The notes: generated from the letters alone by a model not told the origin. 64,000 nucleotides of DNA from an uncultured bacterium (GCA_963695095.1 CAVOFT010000001.1:1088001-1152000), one strand, 5' to 3'. Positions 32,157-42,428 are shown, counted from the stretch's first letter. Numbers and translations: made by a program.

Positions 32157-33485
32157 ATGGGCATGGCGCGCAGAACCCGGGCCGCACTGCGCTGGGTTCG
32201 GCTCTCGTTCGTGGCGGGGGCGCTTCTCGGCAGCACATCCCCTGCCCGCAGCGATCCCCCCGATCCGGCGGTCTACAAGCCCGCCTACAAGTTTCCGATC
32301 TTCGACGAGATGAAGGATGCCCGGGAGGCGAGGCAGGCCGAGCTCGACTCCCTCCAGAAGCTCGTCGATGAGCGCTACCAGGCCGAGGCCGAGCAGAAGA
32401 AGGAGGAGAAGCGCAGCCTGCGTCTCGACTGGTCGCGGATCAAGAGGCCCGCGAGTCCCCAGGCCTTCCAGCAGTGCTTCCACTTCCCGCCGACCCGGCA
32501 GCACGCCACCGGCACCTGCTGGTCCTTCTGCTCCACCTCCACCTTCGAGTCGGAGCTGACCCGCGCCACCGGCCGCCAGGTCAAGCTCTCGGAGATGTGG
32601 CCGGTCTACTGGGAGTACGTCGAGAAGGCGCGCCGCTTCGTGCGCGAGTACGGCCACTCGGAGTTCAGCGAGGGCTCGCTGGACCTCGGCGTGCGCGAGA
32701 TCTATCGCCGGTACGGCGCCGTGCCGGAGGCGTTCTACCCGGGCGTTCCCGATTCCACCGGCCGCCACGATCATACGCTGCTGCGGCGCGAGCTGCGGGC
32801 CTACCTGGACTGGGTCAAGGAGCACAAGTATTGGGAGGAGGAGAAGGTGATCGCCTACGTGCGCGAGATCCTCGACTCCCATCTGGGCCCGCCGCCGGCG
32901 AGCTTCGTGTTCGAGGGCGTCAGCACCACGCCGCCGCAGTTCCTCGCCGAGGTCCTGCGCCTTGATCCGGACGACTACGTCGACATCGTCTCGACGATGA
33001 AGGAGCCCTTCGGCGGCTGGGTCCTCTACGACTTCCCCGACAACTGGCGGCGCGCCAGCTTCTGTCTCAACCTGCCGCTTGCAGACTTCTACCGCGTGAT
33101 CGCGGAGGCCGTGCAGGCGGGCTACAGCGTCGCCCTCGGCGGCGACACCAGCGAGCCCGGCCACGATGGCGGCGAGGGGGCGGCGGTGATTCCGACCTGG
33201 GACATCCCGCGCGACTACATCGACCAGGCGAGCCGCGAGCTGCGCATCGACAGCGGCGCGACGGGCGACGATCACGGCATCCACGCGGTGGGCTTTCTCC
33301 AACACGCAGGCCGCGACTGGTTCCTCATCAAGGACAGCGGCTCCAGCGCGCAGCTGGGCGCCTTCCCCGGCTACTACTTCTTCGACGGCGACTACATCCG
33401 CCTGAAGATGCTCAGCGCGATGGTGCACAAGGACCGCCTCGCCGGCCTGCTGCCCGATGAAGCTCCGCCTGGGGGAGACGGCTAG
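32157..33485 (+). CDS. exported C1-family (papain/aminopeptidase C-like) cysteine peptidase
   Basis: QHATGTCWSF, DDHGIHAVG and WFLIKDSG motifs; signal-peptide-like N-terminus. Confidence 0.8.
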   Translation: MGMARRTRAALRWVRLSFVAGALLGSTSPARSDPPDPAVYKPAYKFPIFDEMKDAREARQAELDSLQKLVDERYQAEAEQKKEEKRSLRLDWSRIKRPASPQAFQQCFHFPPTRQHATGTCWSFCSTSTFESELTRATGRQVKLSEMWPVYWEYVEKARRFVREYGHSEFSEGSLDLGVREIYRRYGAVPEAFYPGVPDSTGRHDHTLLRRELRAYLDWVKEHKYWEEEKVIAYVREILDSHLGPPPASFVFEGVSTTPPQFLAEVLRLDPDDYVDIVSTMKEPFGGWVLYDFPDNWRRASFCLNLPLADFYRVIAEAVQAGYSVALGGDTSEPGHDGGEGAAVIPTWDIPRDYIDQASRELRIDSGATGDDHGIHAVGFLQHAGRDWFLIKDSGSSAQLGAFPGYYFFDGDYIRLKMLSAMVHKDRLAGLLPDEAPPGGDG

Positions 33486-33701
33486 GGCGGGGGAGATTGC
33501 GACGGCGGGCCGGGGCGAAGCCCTGGTCTGCGCATCCCGGCCCGCGAAGAGTCGGGGTTCCGGTGCGTGAGCCGGCGGATCCCCAAACACCGCTGTTTTC
33601 CGCACTCCTGCTGTGGTTTCATGCACAGCCGGAAACGCGCCCACCGCGGCCCGCAGCCGGCAAACCCGCTCCGCAATGGATTCCGAATCGAGAGGTAAGC
33701 G

Positions 33702-35066
33702 ATGAAAGGCCTGAGCCCACCCTGGGAGACGCTGAGCCGGCTGATCAGCGCCGACGACAGCGCCGAGTTGAAGATCTTCATCGACACCCTCGCCCCGCAG
33801 GAGACGGCCCGGGCCATCTCGCGGCTGACCGAACCGGAGCAGCAACGCCTGCTGAGCATGCTCAGCCCGGGCGACGCCGCCGACGTGATCGAGGACATCT
33901 CCGAAACCCAGGCCGCGGACCTGGTGGAGGACATGCCCCTGGCGCGGGCGGCGGCCATCATGGAGGAACTGGCCAGCGATCATCTGGTCGACGTGCTGGG
34001 CGAGATGCACAGCGGGACGAGCAAGGCGATCCTCGCCGAGATGGACCGGCAGGAAGCCGAGGAGGCGAGGAGCCTGCTGCAGCACGCGCCGGACTGCGCC
34101 GGCGGGCTCATGATCTCCGAGTACCTGTCCTACCAGGCCGACCAGACGATCCAGGACGTTCTGGACGACATGCAGGCCAACCGCCACGAGTACGCCGACT
34201 ACAACGTCCTCTACTTCTACGTCGTCGACCCCGCGGGCAAGCTGATCGGCGTGATGCGCATGCACGACCTGCTGTTCCCGGTCCGCGATACGCCGCTCGC
34301 GGAGCTGATGATCGCCTCGCCGCGGAGGGTGCCGGTGAAGGCGTCGCTCAAGGAGCTCCGGGACTTCTTCGAGGAGCACCACTGGGTCGGCGTGCCGGTG
34401 GTGGACGACGGGGACCGGCTGGTCGGCGTGGTGCTGCCGGGCGCCGTGACCGAGGCCGTCAACCGGCAGAAGACCAAGACCATCCTGCGGCTCAGCGGCA
34501 TCATCGGCGGCGAGGAGTTCCGCACGATGCCCCTGCTGTCGCGGTCCGGACGCCGCCTGTCCTGGCTGAGCCTGAACATCGTCCTGAACATCATCGCGGC
34601 CAGCGTCATCGCCCTGTACCAGGACACCCTCGCCGCGGCCATCACCCTGGCCGTGTTCCTGCCCATGGTCAGCGACATGAGCGGCTGTTCGGGCAACCAG
34701 GCCGTGGCGGTCTCCATGCGCGAACTCTCGCTCGGCCTGGTGCGGCCGGGCGAGCTGCTGTGGGTGCTGGCGAAGGAGGCCAGGGTCGGCATCATCAACG
34801 GCCTGGTGCTGGGCATGCTGCTGGGCGGGGTCGCCATCATCTGGAAGGGCAGTCCCTGGCTCGGTCTCGTCATCGGCGGCGCGCTGGCGGCCAATACCCT
34901 GGTGTCGGTCACCCTGGGCGGCATGCTGCCCCTGGTGCTCAAGCGGCTGAACCTGGACCCGGCGCTGGTCTCCAGCCCCCTGCTGACGACGGTGACGGAC
35001 ATGTGCGGCTTCTTCTTCGTGCTGAGCTTCGCCCAGGCCGTCCTGCCGCGGCTGGCTGGCCTGTAG
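33702..35066 (+). CDS. mgtE: magnesium transporter MgtE
   Basis: MgtE-N helices, CBS pair (AGGLM...YVVD...PVVD), TM motifs SGCSGNQA and DPALVSSPLLTTVTD. Confidence 0.92.
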   Translation: MKGLSPPWETLSRLISADDSAELKIFIDTLAPQETARAISRLTEPEQQRLLSMLSPGDAADVIEDISETQAADLVEDMPLARAAAIMEELASDHLVDVLGEMHSGTSKAILAEMDRQEAEEARSLLQHAPDCAGGLMISEYLSYQADQTIQDVLDDMQANRHEYADYNVLYFYVVDPAGKLIGVMRMHDLLFPVRDTPLAELMIASPRRVPVKASLKELRDFFEEHHWVGVPVVDDGDRLVGVVLPGAVTEAVNRQKTKTILRLSGIIGGEEFRTMPLLSRSGRRLSWLSLNIVLNIIAASVIALYQDTLAAAITLAVFLPMVSDMSGCSGNQAVAVSMRELSLGLVRPGELLWVLAKEARVGIINGLVLGMLLGGVAIIWKGSPWLGLVIGGALAANTLVSVTLGGMLPLVLKRLNLDPALVSSPLLTTVTDMCGFFFVLSFAQAVLPRLAGL

Positions 35067-35097
35067 GGCGGGCGCGGCCCCGGCGCCGCTGCGAGGC

Positions 35098-36348
35098 CTA
35101 GCCCTCGCGCGGCAGGCCGGGCAGCTCCCAGGCCAGCGCATGCCGCCGCCCGCAACGCGGGCACTGCACGCTCGTGGCCGTGAGGCCCGGCGGGGCCTTG
35201 ATGACGCTGCCGCAGGGGCACTCGATGCGGGCGTAGCCCTGCTGCTTGTAGAAGAAGTCGTCGACCTCGCGCGCGCGCTCGCGGGGTGCGGCCGCCGCGT
35301 GGCGCCAGCGCTCGCCCTGGATGCGCAGGCCGGCGCCGGCGTGGGGATCCTCGAGGGCCGAGGCCGGCAGCACGCCGCCCTTGCCGGTGACCTCGCGGTA
35401 GCTGCGCTCGTAGTCCTGGAAGCCCGCGCCGCCGCCCATCGCGCGCAGGATGCGCACCCGCTCGGCGATGGGCGGATGCGTGGCGCTGGCCGCGGCGGCC
35501 GCGCGGGGCTCGGCACCCGCGGCCTGCAGGGGATTCACGATGTACATCGGCGCGTTGGCGCGGTTGGCGCCGCGCAGCACTTCCTTCGGCGCGGCGGCGA
35601 TCTTCTCCAGGGCCGAGGCCAGCCCCTCCGGGAAGCGCGTGTAGGACGCCGCCGAGGCGTCGGCCAGGTACTCCCGCTTGCGCGAGATGGCGAAGTAGAT
35701 GAGCTGCGCGATGATCGGCGCCAGGATCATCAAGGCAATGGCGATCAGCATGACGATCGCGCCGCCGCCGCCATCGCCGCTCGAGCGCCGCGAGCGGCGG
35801 CCGCCGCCGTACCAGAGGCCGCGCAGGCCGCCTTGGGACAGCATGACGATGGCACCGACCATGACCCCGGCGAAGAGCATGAGCAGGATGTCGCGGTTGC
35901 GGATGTGGCCGAGCTCGTGGGCGACCACCCCCTGCAGCTCGTCGCGATTGAGGGCCTTGAGCAGGCCGCTGGTCACGGCCACCGAGGCCGTCTCGGGCTT
36001 GCGGCCGGTGGCGAAGGCGTTGGGGGCGGCGTCGTCGATGACGTAGATGGCGGGCATCTTCGGCAGGCCCGAGGCGATCGTCATCTCCTCGACGACGTCG
36101 TAGAGGACGGGCAGGTCCGCCTTGCTCACCTTGCGCGCGCCGGACATCGCCAGGTAGATGCTGTCGCCCTGGAACCAGGCCACCAGGGTCAGGATCAGCC
36201 AGACGATCGCCGCCAGGCCGAGGCCGAAGGCGCCGCCGCCCTCCACCTGCGACTCGCCGATGGCCCAGCCGAGCGCGCCGAGCAGGGCCGCCATGAAGAC
36301 GACGAGGAAGGCGCTCCGGCGCCGGTTGGCTGCGATCTGTTCCCACAT
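35098..36348 (-). CDS. htpX: HtpX-like M48 zinc metalloprotease with C-terminal Zn ribbon
   Basis: PNAFATG, AHELGH (HExxH), SRKREYLAD and THPP motifs; C-terminal CPC...CPRC. Confidence 0.85.
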   Translation of the reverse strand: MWEQIAANRRRSAFLVVFMAALLGALGWAIGESQVEGGGAFGLGLAAIVWLILTLVAWFQGDSIYLAMSGARKVSKADLPVLYDVVEEMTIASGLPKMPAIYVIDDAAPNAFATGRKPETASVAVTSGLLKALNRDELQGVVAHELGHIRNRDILLMLFAGVMVGAIVMLSQGGLRGLWYGGGRRSRRSSGDGGGGAIVMLIAIALMILAPIIAQLIYFAISRKREYLADASAASYTRFPEGLASALEKIAAAPKEVLRGANRANAPMYIVNPLQAAGAEPRAAAAASATHPPIAERVRILRAMGGGAGFQDYERSYREVTGKGGVLPASALEDPHAGAGLRIQGERWRHAAAAPRERAREVDDFFYKQQGYARIECPCGSVIKAPPGLTATSVQCPRCGRRHALAWELPGLPREG

Positions 36349-36367
36349 GGCCTGGACCGCGACTTTC

Positions 36368-36928
36368 CTAGAACTGCACCTTGGGCGCTTCGCGCTGGAT
36401 CTCGTCCTTCAGCTCGAAGAAGTCGCCGGCCTTGAAGTTGAACATGCCCGCGATGATGCTGCCCGGGAACATCTGGACGCGGTTGTTCAGCTGCATGACC
36501 GCCTGATTGTAGAACTGCCGCGCGAAGCCGATCTTGTTCTCGGTGCTGGTCAGCTCTTCCTGCAGGGCCAGGAAGTTGGTGCTGGCCTTGAGGTCGGGGT
36601 AGCTCTCGGCCACGGCGAAGAGCCGGCCGAGGGCCGCGGTGAGGCCGCCCTCCGCCTGGGCGCGGGCGTCGAGATTGCCGGCGCCGGCGCCGGCCACCGC
36701 GGCCCGCGCCTGCGTGACCGCCTCCAGCGTCTCCCGCTCGTGCTGCATGTAGCCCTTCACTGTCTCGATCAGGTTCGGAATCAGGTCGAAGCGGCGCTTG
36801 AGCTGCACGTCCACCTGGGCCCAGGCCTCCTTCACCTGGTTGCGCAGGCCGACGAGCGAATTGTAGATGGAGATCACCGTGCCCACGAGGAGCACGAGCA
36901 GTCCCAGGATGATCAAGAAGGGTAGCAT
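36368..36928 (-). CDS. lemA: LemA family protein
   Basis: YNSLV, QLKRRFDLIPNL, ESYPDLKA, ENKIGFARQFYN and APKVQF motifs. Confidence 0.93.
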   Translation of the reverse strand: MLPFLIILGLLVLLVGTVISIYNSLVGLRNQVKEAWAQVDVQLKRRFDLIPNLIETVKGYMQHERETLEAVTQARAAVAGAGAGNLDARAQAEGGLTAALGRLFAVAESYPDLKASTNFLALQEELTSTENKIGFARQFYNQAVMQLNNRVQMFPGSIIAGMFNFKAGDFFELKDEIQREAPKVQF

Positions 36929-37365
36929 CAGCGGTCCTCCGTTGTGGTTGCCGCGTCGTCGCGGCGGATCACCTCGCCCAGGTAGCTCAGCGCGCGGGAA
37001 GGCAGGTCCTGGCCTTCGCGCTTCAGATCCTCGGCCAGGGCCGCCACCTCACCCTTGTCGAACCAGAGGCCGTGGCCGGCCGGGCAAACGTCGACCAGTA
37101 CCCGCTCGCCCGGCCCGATATTCGCCTTGCGCATCCTGTGGCGGCAGGCCGGGCAGCGGCGGCCCTTCTCGCGGGTCGTGGCGGCGGGCAGCGCGGCGAC
37201 CGCGGCGGCGCGCAGCTGGCTGCCGACGGCGCCGGTCGCTTCGTCGAGGAGCAGGGCCAGCTCATCGCGGTCGAACCAGGTGCCAGCGCAGGCGGGGCAG
37301 TGGTCCAGTTCGATCCCGTCGTGCTCCACGACGAGCATCAGGCTGCGGCAGGCGGGGCACTTCAT
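36928..37365 (-). CDS. double zf-TFIIB-type zinc-ribbon protein
   Basis: CPAC...ELDHCPACAGTWFDRDEL and CPAC...VDVCPAGHGLWFDKGEV. Confidence 0.85.
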   Translation of the reverse strand: MKCPACRSLMLVVEHDGIELDHCPACAGTWFDRDELALLLDEATGAVGSQLRAAAVAALPAATTREKGRRCPACRHRMRKANIGPGERVLVDVCPAGHGLWFDKGEVAALAEDLKREGQDLPSRALSYLGEVIRRDDAATTTEDR

Positions 37366-37424
37366 GAGTGGCGGACTCCCGGTCAGGAGGCGGCAGGATC
37401 ATAGGCGCGGGTGGTCCGCCGTCG

Positions 37425-39803
37425 CTAGGGTTTCTTCTTTTTCAGCGCGTCCAGGCCCTTCTGGAGCAGGTCGCTGCCCTTCTGCTCGAGCTGCTGCCTG
37501 GCCTCGGCGCCGAGCCGGGCTTCGAGGGCCTTGGTGTCCAGCGTGATCGCCGGCGCCTGCGTGCTGCCCCTGACGAGGAAGTCCAGCTCCACCTTGCCCT
37601 TGGCGTTCTTGAGGAAGGCGAGCGTCGAGCCCTGGCCCAGGCGGGCCAGCGTGCTCGCGCCCAGCTCCCAGCGGCCCGTGAAGTCGAGCGTGCCGTCCAG
37701 GCCGGCCGAGCCGGTGGCCGTCACCCAGCCGTCCTCGAAGGGCAGGCGCAGGTCGCGGGCGAGCACGCGGTCCGCGCGCAGCTCGAAGTGGTGCTGCAGG
37801 CGGCCGATGCCGTAGCGCTCCTTGCTCGGCAGGCCGGCGAGCTGGGCGAGGCTTTTGAGGAAGGTCAGATTCACCAGCGCGCCGTCGGACAGATCGACGC
37901 CCGCCTTCGCGCCCAGTCCGCGCGGCTTCTCGCCGGGCCTGAGCACGAAGTCGAAGCTGCCTTCGCTCGTGAGGCTGCCCTCGATGCCGCGCTTGATCGG
38001 GGTCAGGGCGGCCAGGAAGGCCGGCGCCTGCACGCGCGCGACCATGAAGTCCCCCTTGCAGTCGAAGGCGCCGTCCGCGCGCGGCGACATCGCGAAGTTG
38101 CCGGTGAGGCTGCCGCCGTGCAGCATGCCCTTGACATCCGCGACGCTCAGGCCACTGGCCTCGGCCTCTACGCGACCCATGAGGCCGGTGATCGGCGCCG
38201 CCGGCGTGATCAGGCGATCGACGCGGAAGTCCACGCGACCCGGCATGGGAATGAGCACGGGCGGCGGGCCGCTCGCGCCTGCCGCGCCGCCGGCCGCAGC
38301 CCCGGGCTTCTCCTTCGCCGGCACAACGAAGTCCGCGATGTCGATCTGCGCGCTCTGCGCCGTGAGGGCGAAGCGCGGCGCCTTGGGCGCGCCCACGATG
38401 GTGCCGGTGGCGGCGATCTCCGAAGTGCCCGCGCGCAGGCGCAGGCTCTTCAGCGCCAGCGCGTCGAGCGCGCCCGCGAGCTGGATGTTCTCCAGTCGCA
38501 TGGGCTTCGCCAGTCCCTCGCCCTCCGCGGTCAGGGGCTTCAGCGCCAGGTCGATCTGGGCTGTGGGGAGATGCCCGCGCCGGACGGGAATCGAGGCCGT
38601 GCCCGTGAGGGTGCCGCCTTCCCCGCGCAGCGTGACGGGCGACCCCGTGGCGGCCTGGCTCTTGAACGTGTAGCTCTCCAGCGCGAGCGCGAGGCGCGGA
38701 ATCTCGGTGCTCGTCGGGCCGGGCACCAGGCTGATGTCCAGGCGCCCCGCGGGCAGCGTGCCCGTCAGGCTGCCGCCCGTGGGCGGCTTCATGTCGAGCG
38801 TGCCGGCCGCGAGGGCAATGCCGGTCAGCGCGAAGGCGCCCTGGCTGGCCTCGCCCAGGGCCCAGGGGCCCTCGGCGCTGGGGATCGTGAGCGCGAGTGG
38901 CGCGGGCGCTCGCTGGTCGATGGCGATGCCCTCGGCCTTCACGCGGCCGGCCAGGGCCACGCCCGGCGCCCCGTAGCTGGGTGGCGTGGCCTGGAGGGCC
39001 GCCAGCGGGGCGCGGCCCGCGCCATCCGCGCTGAGCTTCGCGACGCGGACTTGCAGGGTGTCCTGCGCGCCGCCCAGGGCGAGATCCGCCACCTCGAGCA
39101 CGCTGGAGCGGAGCGTGAGCACTCCGGCGTCCACGCCGAGATCGAGGTCCAGTTTGGCCTGCCCGCTGAGCGAGCGACCGTCGGCGAGGCGGCCGGAGAG
39201 GGCCGCGTCCTGGAGGCCGCCCTTGAGGTCCAGCTTGCCGCTGGGCTCGATCGTGGAGGCGAAGCGGCCAGTCCCGATGCGCGCCTCCAGATCGAGGCCG
39301 TCCTTGCCCTCGCGGACGAGGTGCACGCGGGCCCGCACCAGGCGCAGGTCGGGGGCGGCCACGGCCACCGCCGCGGTGGAGGCGGCCTCGCCCGCCGCGG
39401 CCTTGGCCGCGCGCGTGGCGCTGCCGGCCGGAGGCAGCAGCAGCTCGGCCGCGGGCTCCACGAAGATCAGGGTCTTGATGGCGATCTCGCGGCGCAGCAG
39501 GGGGCCCAGGGCCAGACGGGCCTCGAGGCGCGGCAGGTCGAGGCGGCGCAGGCCGTAGCCGGTGGAGTCGGCGCCCAGCTCCAGGTTCTCCAGCTCGAGC
39601 GTGAGCCCGCGCAGGCCCAGGCCCAGGCCGATGCGCCCGCAGTCCACGGGCCGGCCCAGGGCGGCCTGCGCCTTGGGCAGCACCATGGCGCGCAGCTTGG
39701 GCTCGGGGAACATGGCCTTGAGGACGAGGGGCGCCGCCACGATGAGCACGAGGACGAGGGCGGCAAGGCCGATCAGGATTCGCTTCGCGGGGGACATCGA
39801 CAT
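37425..39803 (-). CDS. AsmA-family protein
   Basis: N-terminal TM anchor, ALGRPV, LALGPLLRREI, beta-rich repeats, C-terminal GSAGLDGTLD...VRGSTQAP. Confidence 0.75.
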   Translation of the reverse strand: MSMSPAKRILIGLAALVLVLIVAAPLVLKAMFPEPKLRAMVLPKAQAALGRPVDCGRIGLGLGLRGLTLELENLELGADSTGYGLRRLDLPRLEARLALGPLLRREIAIKTLIFVEPAAELLLPPAGSATRAAKAAAGEAASTAAVAVAAPDLRLVRARVHLVREGKDGLDLEARIGTGRFASTIEPSGKLDLKGGLQDAALSGRLADGRSLSGQAKLDLDLGVDAGVLTLRSSVLEVADLALGGAQDTLQVRVAKLSADGAGRAPLAALQATPPSYGAPGVALAGRVKAEGIAIDQRAPAPLALTIPSAEGPWALGEASQGAFALTGIALAAGTLDMKPPTGGSLTGTLPAGRLDISLVPGPTSTEIPRLALALESYTFKSQAATGSPVTLRGEGGTLTGTASIPVRRGHLPTAQIDLALKPLTAEGEGLAKPMRLENIQLAGALDALALKSLRLRAGTSEIAATGTIVGAPKAPRFALTAQSAQIDIADFVVPAKEKPGAAAGGAAGASGPPPVLIPMPGRVDFRVDRLITPAAPITGLMGRVEAEASGLSVADVKGMLHGGSLTGNFAMSPRADGAFDCKGDFMVARVQAPAFLAALTPIKRGIEGSLTSEGSFDFVLRPGEKPRGLGAKAGVDLSDGALVNLTFLKSLAQLAGLPSKERYGIGRLQHHFELRADRVLARDLRLPFEDGWVTATGSAGLDGTLDFTGRWELGASTLARLGQGSTLAFLKNAKGKVELDFLVRGSTQAPAITLDTKALEARLGAEARQQLEQKGSDLLQKGLDALKKKKP

Positions 39804-39961
39804 GGGAGTGCCTTCCTTGCTGGGGGCAGGCCGCAGAACAGCGCGCCGGCGGGAAGGTGACGGCCCGCGGCGGCGCTTGCAAGCACAAGGATGCGGGGGT
39901 CTTCGGAACGCCACTAACTTCATATCGTGAAGCTAAAAGACGGGAATGGCTCAAGAACTGC

Positions 39962-39990
39962 TTGACACCTGCCGAAGCTGGGGACAAACT
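39962..39990 (+). promoter_or_regulatory. possible sigma70 promoter for the regulator and BMC locus
   Basis: TTGACA-N17-CAAACT about 30 bp upstream of the inferred TTG start. Confidence 0.45.
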
Positions 39991-40020
39991 TTCGATCGTG
40001 AAGCACACGGAGAGAGCGCC

Positions 40021-40365
40021 TTGCCCGACTTCGACGAGATTCTCAGCTCCGCGGCGCGGCTGGCCATCGTGGCCGCGCTGATCAGGGGGGAAGCGGTGGC
40101 CTTCACCGAGCTCAAGCAGCGCACGGGCCTGGCCGACGGGAACTTGCACGTGCAAACCCGCAAGTTGTCCGATGCCAGCTACTTGGAGATTCTCAAGGGC
40201 AGCCGGGGCGGGCGCTCCTGGACCCGCTTCCGCATCACCGAGCAGGGAGTGAGCGCCCTCAAGCTTCACGTTAGGAAGTTGCAGAACATCCTGGACCAGG
40301 AGGGGGGCGGCATCCGGCCGCTCACCGGCCCGAAGCCCAGCGACGACTCCCAGGTCTGGTCCTAG
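40021..40365 (+). CDS. winged-helix transcriptional regulator (HTH_34/ArsR-like)
   Basis: RLAIVAAL...[22 protein letters not shown]...Y...[12 protein letters not shown] start inferred. Confidence 0.8.
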   Translation: MPDFDEILSSAARLAIVAALIRGEAVAFTELKQRTGLADGNLHVQTRKLSDASYLEILKGSRGGRSWTRFRITEQGVSALKLHVRKLQNILDQEGGGIRPLTGPKPSDDSQVWS

Positions 40366-40429
40366 GCCCCGCCGCCGGGCGGGGCGCTACGAACCGGGTC
40401 TCCGGACCCCAGCCCGCGAAGGCGCACGG

Positions 40430-41776
40430 ATGCGAATTGCCCTCGGCGCGGACCACGGCGGCTACGCTCTCAAGGAGCAGCTCTCCCTGAAGCTGCGGGC
40501 CCAGAGCCATCAGGTGATCGACCTGGGCACTTCATCGAATGAAGCGGTCGACTACCCCGTCTTCGCCCGCCAGGTGGCCGAGGCGGTGGCCTCGGGGCGC
40601 TGCGAGCGGGGGATCATGATCGACGGGGCGGGCATCGGCTCGGCGATGGTGGCCAACAAGGTGCCCGGCGTGCGGGCCGCCCTGGCCTACGACCTCTCCT
40701 CGGCGCGCAACAGCCGCGAGCACAACGACGCGAATGTGCTCACCCTCGGCGCCGGGCTGATCGGCCCGGAGCTGGCCTGGCAGATCGTGGAGCTCTGGCT
40801 GCGGACCGACTGCAGCGAGGAGCGCCACCGGCGCCGGGTCGGCATGATCGAGGGCGACATGATTTCGGGATGCCGTGCGGCAATCCCTGCCGGTTCTGCC
40901 GGGGGAGCGACAACCCCGGCGGAGCCGGCGCCTACTGTACCGGGGGCTTCGACCCTCCTTTCCGAGCGCGACCTCGAGCGCCTGCTCGCCGAGCTGGCCC
41001 CGCTACTCGCCCCCGGGGGCGGGTCCGTCGGCGCCGGCGCGGGGGCCATACCGCCCCCGGGGGCGGGTCGGCGGCCGCGGCGCTCCCGGCCGACCTCGCC
41101 CGCTACTTCGACCACACGCTGCTGCGCCCGGACGCCACCGCGCGCCCAGATCCGCCAGCTCTGCGCCGAGGCCCGCGAGCACCACTTCGCCGCGGTCTGC
41201 GTGAATCCGGTCTGGGTGCCCCTGGTGGCGACCGAGCTCGGCGGCAGCGGCGTGGCCACCTGCGCCGTCGTCGGCTTTCCCCTCGGCGCCAGCCATCCCG
41301 AAGTGAAGGCCTTCGAGGCGCGGCGCGCCATCCGCGAGGGCGCGCGCGAGATCGACATGGTCATCGCCATCGGCGCGCTCAAGGCCGGCGAGGACGAGGC
41401 CGTGCTCGCCGACATCCGCGCCGTCGTCGAGGCCTGCCGCGAGGGCGGCGCCCTCTGCAAGGTGATCATCGAGACCTGCCTGCTCACGGACGACGAGAAG
41501 CGCCGCGCCTGCCGCCTCGCGCGGCGCGCGCGGGCGCACTTCGTCAAGACCTCGACGGGCTTCGCCGGCGGCGGCGCCACCGAGGCCGACGTGGCCCTGA
41601 TGGCCGCCGAGGTGAGCGCGGCGGGCATGGCGGTGAAGGCCTCCGGCGGCATCCGCGACCTGAGCACGGCCCGCCGCCTGCTGGCCGCCGGGGCGAGCCG
41701 CCTCGGGGCGAGCGCGAGCGTGGCGATCCTGGCCGAAGCGAAGCAGGCCGTCCGCGTCGCGGGCGCGCCGGTGTAG
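40430..41776 (+). CDS. rpiB-deoC: RpiB-DeoC fusion (ribose-5-phosphate isomerase B plus deoxyribose-phosphate aldolase) with encapsulation-peptide-like linker; compensating frameshifts near 41050-41145
   Basis: [29 protein letters not shown]; then FDHTLLRP (alternate frame), [33 protein letters not shown]. Confidence 0.88.
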   Translation: MRIALGADHGGYALKEQLSLKLRAQSHQVIDLGTSSNEAVDYPVFARQVAEAVASGRCERGIMIDGAGIGSAMVANKVPGVRAALAYDLSSARNSREHNDANVLTLGAGLIGPELAWQIVELWLRTDCSEERHRRRVGMIEGDMISGCRAAIPAGSAGGATTPAEPAPTVPGASTLLSERDLERLLAELAPLLAPGGGSVGAGAGAIPPPGAGRRPRRSRPTSPATSTTRCCARTPPRAQIRQLCAEAREHHFAAVCVNPVWVPLVATELGGSGVATCAVVGFPLGASHPEVKAFEARRAIREGAREIDMVIAIGALKAGEDEAVLADIRAVVEACREGGALCKVIIETCLLTDDEKRRACRLARRARAHFVKTSTGFAGGGATEADVALMAAEVSAAGMAVKASGGIRDLSTARRLLAAGASRLGASASVAILAEAKQAVRVAGAPV

Positions 41777-41792
41777 CCGGCGCGAGAAAGGG

Positions 41793-42428
41793 ATGGGAAT
41801 GGTCGATCTACGCGCCTACGTCTTCCTGGACAGCCTGCAGCCGCAGTTCGCGAGCTTCCTGGCCACCGTGGCCCAGGGCTTCCTGCCCACGGCGGGGGAG
41901 GCCTGCCTCTTCGTCGAGATCTCGCCGGGCATCGAGATCAATCGCGTCACCGACGTGGCGCTCAAGAGCACGCAGGTGACGCCGGGCATGCAGATCGTGG
42001 AGCGGCTCTACGGCATGCTCGAGATCCACGCCCGCAGCCAGGCTGATGTGCGCCAGGCCGGCCGCGCCATTCTCGAAGCGCTGGGCGTCCAGGAAGAGGA
42101 GCGCATCAAGCCGCGCCTGCTCTCGAGCACCGTGATCCGCGCCGTGGACGACTACCAGACCCAGCTCATCAACCGCATGCGCCACGGCAACATGATCCTG
42201 GCCGGTCAGAGCCTCTACATCCTCGAGTGCGAGCCGGCGGCCTATGCCGCCCTGGCCGCCAACGAGGCCGAGAAGGCCGCCGAGATCAACATCCTCGAGG
42301 TGCGCGCCTTCGGCAGCTTCGGGCGCGTGTATCTCGGCGGCGAGCAGCGGCACATCGACGCGGCCTGGCCGGCCGCGGTGGCGGCGGTCGAGGCCTTGAG
42401 CGGCCGCGTGCGCGAAGCGAAGGATTGA
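41793..42428 (+). CDS. BMC shell protein, tandem-domain permuted trimer (BMC-T, CcmP-like)
   Basis: [40 protein letters not shown] and [10 protein letters not shown] motifs. Confidence 0.88.
   Translation: MGMVDLRAYVFLDSLQPQFASFLATVAQGFLPTAGEACLFVEISPGIEINRVTDVALKSTQVTPGMQIVERLYGMLEIHARSQADVRQAGRAILEALGVQEEERIKPRLLSSTVIRAVDDYQTQLINRMRHGNMILAGQSLYILECEPAAYAALAANEAEKAAEINILEVRAFGSFGRVYLGGEQRHIDAAWPAAVAAVEALSGRVREAKD

Noticed and set aside
33486..33701. M-box or c-di-GMP-I riboswitch call upstream of mgtE
   Set aside because: Only a short GGCAAACC match is visible; the remaining consensus elements could not be found.
31881..35516. Very long alternative-frame ORFs (e.g. 31881-35516, 59540-63457, 60166-63699, 37399-40269, 24656-27331)
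   Set aside because: They are Arg/Ala/Pro-rich shadow ORFs expected in high-GC DNA and overlap well-supported genes.
40144..40155. TTGCACGTGCAA palindrome inside the wHTH regulator gene
   Set aside because: Only 12 bp, in a coding HTH segment and with different arms; may be chance.
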